Assembly: GCA_030704615.1 (NCBI GenBank)
Contig: CM060734.1
Coordinates: forward strand, 30,318,001 to 30,382,000
Source: Takakia lepidozioides
Lineage: Eukaryota; Plantae; Bryophyta
Direction: 5' to 3'
Length of the DNA: 64,000 bases
The position numbers and the translations under genes were made by a program. Of this stretch, positions 24,567 through 36,299 are shown in pieces. Under the pieces are notes generated by a model. That model was not told the origin of the DNA. It did not search any database and saw only the letters and a list, made by a program, of their open reading frames with translations. The first letter of the stretch is position 1; every line of letters starts with the position of its first letter.

Positions 24567-25084
24567 GTGACACTATAAGGCTCTAGTACTAATCTAATAG
24601 TGACACGGGTGGGCACCTGTTGCAGTTTAAGGGTCATATCCCAATGGCTCAGGGCACCTGCACCTGCATCCACCGCAAAACTCCTATGGTTGGCTGGTCA
24701 TCAACCCAGCCTCACCATAGAAGAAACACTGGTGGTCTTGCTGGTCATCACTCCAGCCTCACCACCGACAGCATACTCTAGGATTGACCGGTGATCAAAT
24801 CCGGCCTAATCCCTATGAAAGCAAGCGCCCACACAAAACCAACATGGCGCACAGTCAAGCATGCAGGTGTTGGGGGGGATCCAAACACAAGAAATCAAAA
24901 CATCAACACCCCCACACCAAAATCCAGCTGCAATGCTGATCCTGCAGAATATCCCAGCCCAAAACCCCGGACTGACTGGCCTCCACCAAGAGAGGCTTTG
25001 GCAACTACAAGTACAAGGTAATGAAAATAGTACAGAGATGGAGGGGAAGAATAGAAGCCCGACCAAGCAAGATCTAATCCTGAT

Positions 25085-25834
25085 CTATGCTATCAACTGC
25101 CAGACTTCTCTCAAAGTGCCTCGCTCTGCATGATGGTAAGGTGTAGGAGGTATATCTATGTCCAGAAACCTGCCACTAACCTTGTCCCAAGCTACAGTAG
25201 CTCGCTCTAACCAACCCTCCTCCTCTTTCTGCCAGGTAGAGACAACGCAATACTCCCCTATCTCCCGCTCACTGAACACTAAAGAAAACAAAGGTAGGGT
25301 CTGATAGTCTCTCAACTCGAAAGCTTTGAGACGGTTGCGGGTGTCCTCATTGCGAATGATTGCATCCCCTTCAAACAGAACAAACTTGTCCTCGGTAATG
25401 AACCCCCGCTCGTGGTTGCCTTGTGCAGAGCGTGTCCGGCTGCAACGCTGTCTGATTGCACAAACTTGTGTAGCTCCTGCTCCTCTACTCCAGTACACCA
25501 CGGCCTTGTGGCTGAACACCTTGGTCCCCGGGGCTGTCTTTGGCTGTGTTCCAAGCCTAGCTTTCACCCACTTTGGTATTTCACCTACAGCTGCAGAACT
25601 GCTGGCTCCAACAGAGTTCTGACTGTCCAAGGCGATATTGAGGCCCTCAATGCCAACTACAGCAGTCTGTTGTCTACTGCTAATGCCTGACTCCCAGTAT
25701 GCAATCAACTCGTCCAACTGTTCTCCACTCAAATCAGTCTGAGTTCCTTGGGAAACATAAATCCTGTCCCCTTGTGTGCACAGACTAAGAGAAGAGACCT
25801 GCCCTTCAATTACGTCCTCATTTCCCCCAGCCAT
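25085..25834 (-). CDS. Extra 249-aa ORF upstream of gag inside the DNMT element; function unknown
   Basis: Uninterrupted ATG-to-stop ORF on the gag-pol strand. Confidence 0.55.
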   Translation of the reverse strand: MAGGNEDVIEGQVSSLSLCTQGDRIYVSQGTQTDLSGEQLDELIAYWESGISSRQQTAVVGIEGLNIALDSQNSVGASSSAAVGEIPKWVKARLGTQPKTAPGTKVFSHKAVVYWSRGAGATQVCAIRQRCSRTRSAQGNHERGFITEDKFVLFEGDAIIRNEDTRNRLKAFELRDYQTLPLFSLVFSEREIGEYCVVSTWQKEEEGWLERATVAWDKVSGRFLDIDIPPTPYHHAERGTLREVWQLIA

Positions 25835-28100
25835 GCAAGGAGTACATCCACCAATTTGTCTCTCATATAGACCAGAACAGGTTCTAGAAATAGGATTGTG
25901 GATCTTTCATGGCACACTCACACTCTAAAAATTCCATAGATTTTTAGCAGAGTCCTAAAAACAAAAACCAGGTCTAGGTAGGTAGATTCCCCCTTTCTGC
26001 AGCTATCCCCTCAAAAACTGTGTCAAACGGAGTTCATTTGCCAAAGATATGACCAATTAGGCTCTAAATCCTTTAACTTAGATCAAAAGGGTTTTTTTCT
26101 TTTCTTTTCTTTTCTTTTCTTTTTCTTTTTCTTTTCAAATTTAAAAATTCAAATGAAGGTGAGAAGCTCTTTGGAAACTTCCCCTATCCTTACATGCTTT
26201 TCCACCTGGGTCATGCTTTTTCCCTGCAGGGGTGGAATTTGCATATGCTTATCAGCGTTGGAGAGGGCGGCAAGAGCGGACGTACTGATTGCGGGCGTAC
26301 AGAGCTGAAGGATGGGCTTTAGGGGCTATGGCGGCTGTCTCAATGCAGGTTGCAGCGGGAGTCTCCTGCTCGACTCTATGCAAGTCGGGCTTTCTGGCGG
26401 GCTCCAATGTGCTGATGGTTACCACCTCCATGGGGATGCTCAACAGGGTTCATGGCCACACCTTGCACCTTAGTCCAGCTATTGCGCTTCACCCTGTACT
26501 TGTGATATGCACACCTTCAGCATAGACACCAGCAGAGACATGACAATGGCATAGTCGCCAGAAGCTCTAGCAAACGCACCCTTATCACCCATACGATGCT
26601 CAACGTTGCACACTACAGGATCTGGACTGATCAAGGAGTCGTTTCTCCAGAATGTGACTCAGTCGAAACTATGTGGTTTGTTGTTGCAATGATGGAAGCG
26701 AGAGAGCTCGGAAGAAGCTTCACGAATTCGGCTTCAGGGACGAAATCGCTGACAACTCGAGCATTTCTGTCTCTCTTGTGTTTGTGACTGCAAACTCTAC
26801 ATCTTGCCAGGATGATCCGAAACGGAGTGATCTTACCACCCGGCTCTGCTCAGCTCTCCGAAAGCCTGTTAGATAATAGAAGCCAGGAAACCTAGAACCT
26901 TCACTCCAAAACTTCTTGACTGAATATCGGTGGAACTAGGTAGAGTGCACACTGCGTGTAGAAAGGGGCGGGAAGGTTGGTAACAGTAGCAACTCGGAAT
27001 AGAAAGGGCAGCACGTCGCGCGCCATAGATTTCTAGACGGGCCACCTTCTCTGCCACTTTCACCGCACATAATCTCGATTCAATTCGAGATCTTGGCTGC
27101 AAGACTTGCCGGTACCGAGCTTAACGCTTCTCAAGTGATGTCACCCGCTGAGTGAGCTCGGCAACTTCCATGGCCTGAACGTTGCCACTGTGCAAGTTAG
27201 CTGGGGAGGTGGCGTGCAAGTCAATGACGAACAACCTGGTGAGGACATTTTCCTGCCTTTTCCTCCCCCTTCCCTCCTCGCTTTGGCGTCCTTTCAATGT
27301 ACTAAGCTAGTGAGCCATGGCCAGAACTAACACCTCCTCTCCATTCAGTTTGATCACCCTTTGCACCTCTGCTCCCCGCATTTCTCTCCACTACTTTGAA
27401 GAGTCCACACCCGCATCTTTATACCGGAAGCTGGCCTTTCAACAAACACACAACCCAACTAAGGCATCTGAAAGCAAGATCGGGAAGAGCACATCGAAAC
27501 TCTCCACGTACAAGCCGGGGTCCTCCAGATTCTATGCCCGTACCACCTACTTCCCCAGCAACGAAACCAGACCCTCTTCAAGCTCTACATCATCGTCTTC
27601 AAAGTACCGCAGGCCTGGCCGTCACCTGCTCCAAAACTTGTAGACAGCTTTTCCCAAGCACTGTCCTTTCCTAGAAAACTGGGATGCCCACACTCTTCCG
27701 CACATTGGCGAATTGGGCCTTTAACATACAGATGTGACTTTTAACTCCCAAAATGTATGGGCCTGAGCAGCTCTCCAGCTATCCATGTCACTCCAGGCAC
27801 TTTGTATTCATCCTAGGGACGTTGTGGTAGTGCAGATATCAGCGTTCACAGCTTGCCAATGCTGCTCCATGCTGCATTTTTAAGTCTCTCCTTGTGTACT
27901 CCAAAGCCTCTGGTGACTTGGTAGCTTCAGCGACTGTAATAACAGTGGCGGCTCTGGCATCGTCATCCTCCAGGCGTTTCAGGGCACGCTGAATCTTGTG
28001 GTCACATTCAATGATATGCTTCTCAAACTAAGCACTACTTACACACAGGTAATCTTGCAAGTGCTAACCCTCAACTCCTACCTTGCACTCACAGGTAAGA

Positions 28101-28111
28101 GCTCATCTTTC
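28101..28111 (-). promoter_or_regulatory. Putative self-priming primer-binding site of the DNMT element
   Basis: 28101-28117 is the exact reverse complement of 28299-28315 inside repeat A1; 11 nt of it lie outside the repeat. Confidence 0.7.
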
Positions 28112-28465
28112 TCGAGTGATAGAAAACCAACGAACACACTGTTTACACAAAACATGAAAACCAAACCATCACTCTTAGAAATAGTAGTCGAGCCAGGGGC
28201 ACCCCAAGCTATGGGGACTCCACCCCACAACAACCTACACTCCCATCATGAGTACACTAAGATCTAAACGCATGCAGGAGCTCGGTCGCGCAGGCTCAAC
28301 TCGAGAAAGATGAGCCGCGCGACTGCCGCTCTCGTGAAGATAAGACGGACCAGGTGTCAAACTAAACTTGACATCTGATTTAACACTTGACCTAAATCCA
28401 ACTGTTAAATACAAATAACTAGTTTTATTCTAGCTGTTTTCACACTGTGCTTATTTAACTTGACA
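28112..28465 (-). repeat. Repeat A1 (5' terminus of the DNMT element)
   Basis: Starts TGTCAAGTTAAAT in element sense; matches 16538-16891. Confidence 0.95.
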
Positions 28466-28609
28466 TGCCAATACAAGATGCAAGAGTGCTGGAAGTGTAG
28501 CTATATATAGTGATGTGTGGTGCTCCTCCCTCCTTAGCGTGTATCAGGTTCATTGAATGCGGAGTCTTCACCTTGAAGCTAACTTGGCTGACATCATCGT
28601 TGTGACGTC

Positions 28610-31600
28610 TTATTGACGTGTAGCTTGGGGCTTAGCTGGATATCGTTGATGACACTCTTGGACTTTGTCAGATGCATTAGCGAGGTTGGATGAAGGTTCC
28701 CACGTTCGTTCGCTGATGTCGTAGCCTTTCCAATGTACGAAATACTCAAGACGTTTATACATTATGCGAGAGTCTAGGACTTCGTCGACTTCATACTCAA
28801 TTTCCTGATTGACTTCGATTGATGGTGGTGGTACGAAAACTCTCTCTGGAATATTCGATGGATGATACAACTCCAATAATGAAACATGAAAGACTGGATG
28901 GATGCGCATACTTCGTGGGAGTTCAAGCCGAAAACTGACCGGATTTATTTGTCGAATAATTTTGAATGGGCCCAGGCGTTGATAATCCAACTTCCTTGAT
29001 GGTCGCGAGGTTTGTATGTCCCGTCAAAGAAGCCACACAATATCTCCGACCTTGAACTGAGGTTGGAGTTGGCGACGTTGATCTGCATACTCCTTGTATT
29101 ATTTTTGAGCTTCTGCGAGGTGGAATGTAAGCTCCTTGTGAATCGTAACAAGATGAATAGTAAGGTTTTCTGCAGCAAGGCTTCATGTGGAAAGGGTTTG
29201 CTCGAGGATGATGACCATAATTGGAGAAAAATGGAGTTTGCTTAGTTGAAGAATGTATAGTGTTGTTGTAGGCAAACTCAGCCAATGACAGAAGGTCCGT
29301 CCAATTATCTTGGTGATAATTTATCGTATAACGAAGATACTGCTCCAAAATCTGGTTTATACATTCGGTTTGACCATTAGGCTGTGGATGATTAGCTGTA
29401 GAGAGGTTGATCTTAGTATCCAATATATAAAATAATCCCCTCCAGAAATTTGATATGAACTGTGGTCCTCGATCAGATACGATGTCCTTCGGGAGTCCAT
29501 GAATGCGGTAGATATTATTGAGGAAGAGTCTTGCAGTTTCCTCGCCGGTAACCGTCTTATTATATGGAATGAAATGTGTCATCTTCGTAAAACGATCTAC
29601 AATAACAAGGATTGAATAGGTAGTCTTGGAAATTGGAAGGTCCGTAATAAAGTCCATAGACACGGACGACCATGGACCCTTGGGAATGGGTAATGGTTGA
29701 AGAAGGCCGTAAGGTCGATGTCGTGGTCCCTTCGCTCTAGCACACGTGTCGCAAGATTTTATAAATTCTTTTACGAATTTCCATATCTGCGGCCACCAAT
29801 AGTCCCTGAATATTAACTCCATTGTTTTGTTGAAGCCGAAATGTCCTGCAGCCGGAAGATCATGACATGTTTGAAGAATTCGAAGTCGTGTAGGTCCTGG
29901 AGGTACATAGAGAAATCCCTTGAAGTAAAGTAAGTCATCTTTGAATTCGAAGTCGTTTGTAACATGTGGGTTGTCTCGAGGTTGATTTAGTTGACTTCGT
30001 AATGTCGTAGCAAAATGGTCGTTCTTCAGTGCTTCCTGAATTTCTTTTATGATCTCTGCATCGTCATAGGTGGACATGGATAGCATATTCAATTGGAGAT
30101 TTGCTGGTTTTAGGATGATGAATTTTTGTTGGTCAAAAGCTGCATCCCCTTCTTTTGGCGCAAGATACGATCGTCGAGAGAGAGCATCTCGTTTTTCTTG
30201 AAGATGTCCGGGACGGTAGGTAATAACAAAATCAAACCTTGCTAATGACATACTCCATCTCGCTTGACGTCGATTCAAAACACGAGCACTCATAAAATAT
30301 TCGAGATTTTTGTGATCGGTATAGACAGTGACCTGATGTTTAGCTCCTTCCAATAGATGACGCCACTCCTCAAAAGCATCGATAATCGCTAGAAGTTCTT
30401 TGTCATGGATTTCATAATTGATCTCCGCAATGAAAAATTTGCGAGAACGAAAACCAACAGGGTGAAGTCGGCCATCTGTACCGTATTGTGAGAGTACCGC
30501 GCCAAGTGCAAAGTCCGATGCATCTGCTTCTAAGAAGAATGGTTTAGATGGGTCTGCATGTACGAGTATTGGAGCCGTTGTAAATGCCTGCTTCAGCCTT
30601 TCAAATGCCTGGTCAGCCTTCTCGTCCCATACAAATTTGTCGTTCCCTGTGAGTCGTGTCAATGGTGCAGCAATTTTGGAGTAGTCATTGATGAAGATTC
30701 TATAGAAATTTGCAAAACCCAGAAAACATTGTACATCTCGGACCGAAGTTGGTTTAATCCACTCGATGATGATTTGTATTTTTTTCTGATCCATAAAGAC
30801 GTCTTTGTCGGAAATAATGTAGCCCAGAAATTCAACCTCAGATTGATGGAAAAGACATTTCTTCAACTTGGCATATAGTCCTCTTTCTCTTAATTTATCA
30901 AGGACAAGGCGTACATGGCGGCCATGTTCTCCTTCATTCTGTGAAAATATCAAAATGTTGTCCAAATAGATGACTACAAAGTCATCTAAAAATTCTCGAA
31001 AGATGTCATTCATCATATGTTGGAAAATTGTTGGAGTATAAATAAGACCGAAAGACATAACACTATATTCAAAATGTCCATACCTTGTTCGAAAAGCTGT
31101 TTTCCATTCGTATCATTCTTTTATCCGTACAAGGTTATAAGCTCATCTCAAGTCGATTTTGGTTAAAATCTTCGCTCGTCCCAGCTGGTCGAGAAGCCCA
31201 GAAATCAGCGGCAACGGATAACGATTCTTGATTGTGACTTTGTTGAGACCGCGATAGTCGACACACATGCGTAATGATCCGTCCTTCTTTTTCACAAACA
31301 AGATAGGCGCCCCGGCGGGTGATTTTGAATGTCGGATGAAGTGCTTTGACAAATTTTCATCAATGTGCAGCCAACTCCGTCCGGGATAAGTTATAGATTG
31401 GGTCGAATGGTGGTTGGGCTCCTTCTTGTAATTGCACAGTCATAAGGTCGATGTTCTGGCAATATGTCTGCATTTTTATTCTCGAAGACATCTTTGAAAT
31501 CTTGATATTGAGCGGGTAATGTTGAAGTACCTTTGTCTGTTGTGGTCTTGATCGGAGTCGCATAAAGTGCAAATGCCGTCTCTTTTTTGGTAGCTCTCAT

Positions 31601-32130
31601 GAAGGCTCTAGCTCCAAGAAACAGAGGTTGAATACCTTTGGTACTTTTACATTTTTGTCTTGCCGAAATTTTTCGTGATTGCCAGTCGATGTCAGGATTA
31701 TGAAGTATAAACCAGGGAAGTCCAAGGATCACAGGATTTGTTGGAGACTGGATGACATTAAAACAATATGTGATGCTTGATTTTTAAGCTTCACTTCAAG
31801 GGGTCGAGTTTCATGGTCAATATTTCCTGATGGTAACGGTCGTCCATCGATAACTTCAACAGGGGCCGAGAATTTCTTTCTTACGAGCGTTAAATTGTGT
31901 TGCTTCGCAAAGTCTTTGTCAATAAAACACGCCGAAGTGCCCGAGTCCAAAAGTGCTTCTACGGAGATATCTCGATTTTGCATCCTGATCTTTACTAGAA
32001 CTATGAAACAAGATACAGGGTCTGGAGGTAGAAATAGACCTTTTTTTGGTGAGGAATTTGGGGGTGTCCAGCCGCATGGTCCATACTGTGACTGGACATC
32101 TTTGTTTTCCGACCTCCTCGTACCGAACAC
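28610..32130 (-). pseudogene. Chromovirus pol (PR-RT-RH-IN-chromodomain), disrupted
   Basis: ALLDSGTS; [11 protein letters not shown]; YLDNI (YxDD altered); EADASDFALGAVL; SMDFITDLP; SDRGPQF; chromodomain YEVDEVLDSR..YFVHWKGY..TWEP. Several stops and frameshifts. Confidence 0.93.
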
Positions 32131-33130
32131 TTGAGTGGTGCCCCGAGCTTTGAATCTTCTCTTGTTGGGCAGTTTAATGTCATGTGATCATTTTCTCCAC
32201 AATAAAGGCATAATCCATTCGAGCGCCGTCTTTGTTTTTCATGTGGCATCAATGGCTTGAATCAGACAACATCAATCTGCATATGATCATTACCGGATGT
32301 CTGATGGATCGTTGTATTTGGTGCCGTAGTAGCAGCGGCATGGTGCGTCGTCGTCCATCCAGATCGCTTCTCTTGACGTCTTTCGAACAAACGATTATCG
32401 CATGCAATGACTTGGGTGATGAATTCGCTCAGTGTACTCACGTTTGACATTGTCAGCAACTAATATTTAACATCATCTTTTAGGCCACATCGAAACTGAC
32501 TAATGAGGCTCTTCTCATTCCAGTCAAGGTCGCACGCAAGTTGTCGAAATTCGGCAGCATAAACGGAAGCTGGACGTGCTCCTTGTCGAAGATTTCGCAT
32601 CTTTGTCTCTGCAACTCTCTCTCTCTATCATTCTCTCCAAACGTTGCAGTGAACTCGGACATGAACGCTTCAAAATTGTATAGTAAATATGAATTTTTCT
32701 CTAATAGCGGTGCAAACCAAGATAGGGCAGTGCCTGATAGAAGGGTGCCCACGAATCCCACTTGAATACCTTCATCAGAGTAGCGTTGTGGATGTAGTCG
32801 TAGGAACAATCGTACTTGTTGAACAAAACCGCGAAATCTTGATTTCGTCCCATTAAATTTCTTGGGCATGTTGACCTTTGGTTCCCTTGTAATCTGTTGA
32901 AGATTTGGAGGAACCGTTGTAGTAGAATTTGTTGTAGTAGAGACTCGTAATGTTGAAGATCCATTGTTCGACTCCTTCAACTCTGAAATTTGTTGTTGCA
33001 AATTGTTGAGAACATTGCCAAGGTCTTGAGACTGGTCAGCTTGTAGTTGGGCATTAGAAGCACAAAGTTCTTGCATCTGAAGCTGAAGACTTTGCAATGT
33101 GGCGACCATTTCCGCAAATGTGCCTTCCAT
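32001..33130 (-). pseudogene. Chromovirus gag, disrupted
   Basis: PKKFNGTKSRFRGF, LLSGTALSWF and knuckle CLYCGENDHMTLNC across three frames. Confidence 0.88.
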
Positions 33131-33155
33131 CTTAACTAACTAAGGAACAAACTTT

Positions 33156-33166
33156 AGTCTCGCCAA
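33156..33166 (-). promoter_or_regulatory. Self-priming PBS of the chromovirus
   Basis: Element-sense TTGGCGAGACT is complementary to AGTCTCGCCAA at 33448-33458, about 30 nt downstream of TATATATA (33482-33489) in the 5' LTR. Confidence 0.8.
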
Positions 33167-33168
33167 AC

Positions 33169-33817
33169 TGTCAAGGACGAGAAGATGACTGAACACAAAC
33201 AAGAGATAAGACTAGAGGTACAAGGCTAGACAAGAAGTCAAGGTCGGCGTGGCCGAATGCACGATAAGTGAATAAAAATCAAGACGATCTTTATAACAAT
33301 GAACAAGAGTATAAGATATTGGAACACGACTTGAATACTGGAATACTGGAAACTGGACTGGAGTACCAGACACTGGAAACTGGGCTAGGGTACTGGGAAC
33401 TAGACTGCAGTACTGGGAACTGGAAACAAGAGTAGCTTGAACTGGTGTTGGCGAGACTGAAGAGTGTCCAGTTTCGCCTCCTATATATACTGGCTACTAA
33501 AAAGCTTCCCCTATGGAGGTTGCTTGCTGGAGAAGTTTCCAAGATTAAACAAAGGTTTCTTGATGGAGAAGCTTCCTTAAACAAATGAGGTATCTTGATG
33601 GAGAAGTTTTCTCCAAAGGAAGCTTCCTGAGCAGTTTCTCAAGTTACTCTTGGTAATTTGGTAAACTTTCGGTAACTTAATAAGTAATGGTAAATTATGG
33701 TAGATCATGGTAAATCATGGTAAATCATGATAAGTCATGGTAACTTCCGGTAACATGATAACTTGGTAACTTCTGGTATTTACTCCTGGTAAGTTCCTCT
33801 AGACTATGTCCGTGACA
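33169..33817 (-). repeat. 5' LTR of the chromovirus
   Basis: Direct repeat of 15336-15977. Confidence 0.95.
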
Positions 33818-35335
33818 AATGATGCCCTGTTTTGGGTTGTTTATGTCTTTAATTGACAATGACCCTAGTGGGCCTTGTCCATGTCTTGACATGACATGAA
33901 TATCTTCCCTCTCTTTCTATTTCCAATGTACTTGGTGGTTCTTGTACACACCATCTACCACTTTCCTTTCTGGTTATTTCTTCATCATGTTGATATACTA
34001 ACATGGTTTGTTTCTGGCCTGGCAGAAGGTCCCTCCATGACAAAGATATGGAGCTATGACCTTTATAAGGTATGTCCTCCAGCAAAAAATTTGTTGGTGA
34101 ATTTGGGCACGGAGGTCTTTGAGATAGACATAGTGCTTTTGAGGTTTATCTTCATACCGATATATTGAGCTAGGCCCAGGTAAAACCACCTGCAGGAGTA
34201 TGTGTACACCTTCTACATGATCCGGTCAATGCACACTACTCGTGTTAGGTGGTTTACTGTAGCTGATGCCTTGTATCAGTTTTAGATACTTTTTGGCTCA
34301 TATGCTTTCATACCTCTCTACAAGTGGCTTTGCTCTAAGTAGCACCACTAAATAAATATGCATATGTAATATGCTATGTGCTTACATATGCTATGTGCTT
34401 ATCATACATTTGGAAAAACTGGCCTTAAAACCAGGATGGTGTATAGATGGGCAGCAGGTTGCTACCATCCTACCTTACACTTATTGTGATCCATGACAAC
34501 AGAATCTTGTTTCATGACATGAGTGGATGAGGAAGTAGGCCTTTCCAGCCCCTTTGGCAAATCTGTCCAGGGGTTAGAAGCTACTTTGAAGAGGGAGAAT
34601 CCTTATGAAGGGGTCTGGTATGCACTCCCTTACGGGGTGAGTGCATACCACACTTACTCCATAAGGGACTGTCATACCAGGGGCTGGTTGGTGGGTGCCC
34701 CCTCTCTCCCTCTGTCTCCCTCTCTACTGGGAATTGGCAGTTTGCTATCAGTGTTGACTTCTTGTTTTTTCATCCTCTATCAGGTTTTTTCATCCATACG
34801 GGATGAGCCACCAGGATGGACACTGAGTTACCTCTAGGATGGTTCTTTTGGCCTTTTCATTCCTCCTTGGATGAGTCACCATGGAAGAAAATAATTACCT
34901 CTATGGAGGTTGCCAACAACATCATGTTTTTCCATCCGTACCGGATGAAAAACTACCAGGGTGATAATTTTTCATTCCTCTTTTATTGACTCTTTTTATC
35001 TATACCGGATGGTCTGGTGAGGAATGATAGAATTACCTAGATGGAGGTAAGACGCTGCCACGGATGATATTCCCTACTTTTTCATCCTGACACAAGTGAT
35101 CTGTCTATGGATGATGTGATTATGGCCTGGAATTGATCTTTACTACCCCTAATTATGATTAATTACGGTGGAAACCCTAACCCCTACCCCAAAACCTATT
35201 TTTAACCTTGCTGCGGATGAAATCCGTCAGGGTATACGGATGCGTCCTACTGTTTTTCATCCACGGATGAATAATCGAGGGACAACCCTATGTCATCTCT
35301 CCCACTGTCAGAAGCACGCGATGTGCTTCTGAGCT
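33818..35335 (+). repeat. Remainder of copy 2 (to ~34410) and 3'-truncated copy 3 (34411-35335) of the ~3.2-kb tandem unit
   Basis: 34434-35335 is nearly identical to 12735-13657. Confidence 0.85.
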
Positions 35336-35576
35336 GGGAACATGGGATACTCATTGAAGCATACCTGACTGTACATTGTAATTTGCTGCCAGCACTGTCT
35401 CATTTACCTGTTCGGGTATAACAGTGCTGTTAAGGGTTGAAGGATTGTGTCTTCGTCTTTGCTTTCAAGTTTGTATACAGTAGTACTATCCCAATTGCAT
35501 GCCCCGAGCTATTGTCCAAAACTCTTTTAGGCGCTCTCCCCTTTTATTCCATTAATGCAAGATTCTTTCTGTTGTA

Positions 35577-36296
35577 GGTACCACTGCTCATTCGGGCCAG
35601 AGGACAAGACTTCTGCTGTCTTGCAGGTTACATCCGCCATGGCAGCGAAGAAGTGGAAACCGAAATCTCCAAAGAAGAAGGGTAGAAAGGCACGAGTTGT
35701 TGCAACCGTTAAGGAGCAAAAACCAAAAATATTGAGGACGTCCAAAACGGAATCTGGTGAAGGCATCAAGCGGGGATGTGTATGCCGATTTGCAGTCAAA
35801 CAATGCTATTTGGACCCAGAAATCGCAGAGGTTGTGTACTACGAGAAGAGGCACGTTAATCGTGCAGGAGACATATCCCATGGGCCAGCACATGATTGTG
35901 GTCGGGTTGCCTTGGCCCCCCACATCAGCGAAGAGATGAAAGCCTGGGTACTGCATAACTTGCGCCTTGGACTAAGCATCAACAAAATCATGGCGAAGCA
36001 CATGCAGCGGGTGAAGGAAACTATGGAAGCTGGATTGGAGGCAGATTGTGACACTTTCTTGCTCTCCTGGGGCATCCGCAACATTGCCAACAAGTGTGAT
36101 GAGGAAACGTTTAAAAAGCACCCAAATGATGCTCGCAGTGTGCGAATGTGGGTGGAGGCCAACCCTGACAGTGTTTTCTACTACCAGGAAGAGTCCAATC
36201 ACCCTACCTGGTCTTCGAATAGCCGTAAACTGGACCTTCCTTTTGTGTTGGGCATACAGACAGAATGGCAGAAAAAACAAATGATGCATCACGAAG
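35577..36296 (+). pseudogene. N-terminal fragment of a MULE/SWIM-type transposase-like gene
   Basis: YHCSFGPED, KRGCVCRFAVK, YYEKRHVN..HGP, DARSVRMWV..VFYYQE, PFVLGIQTEWQ resemble plant SWIM/MULE proteins. Cut off before the DDE core. Confidence 0.7.
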
Positions 36297-36299
36297 TAC

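Larger units (their letters stand above)
16441..28465 (-). mobile_element. Young 12-kb Ty3/Gypsy retrotransposon encoding a DNMT3-like methyltransferase and a PHD finger, with split/permuted terminal repeats
   Basis: TG...CA termini; 4-bp TSD TGCC (16437-16440 and 28466-28469); order gag-PR-DNMT-RT-RH-IN-PHD; repeats A (354 bp) and B (94 bp) arranged A1...B1-A2-B2. Confidence 0.93.
15336..33817 (-). mobile_element. Full-length but decayed Ty3/Gypsy chromovirus (Tcn1/Tf1-sushi-like), interrupted by a nested element
   Basis: Two TG...CA LTRs (15336-15977, 33169-33817). 5-bp TSD GATGA/AATGA with one mismatch. PPT GAGGAGGGGGTAA next to the 3' LTR. Domain order gag-PR-RT-RH-IN-chromodomain. Confidence 0.93.

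Noticed and set aside
16441-28465. DIRS/PAT/Ngaro tyrosine-recombinase element (split repeats plus a methyltransferase)
   Set aside because: It has a protease, a DDE integrase and a TSD. The MTase is C5-type, not the DAM-like MTase of DIRS, and no YR motif was seen.
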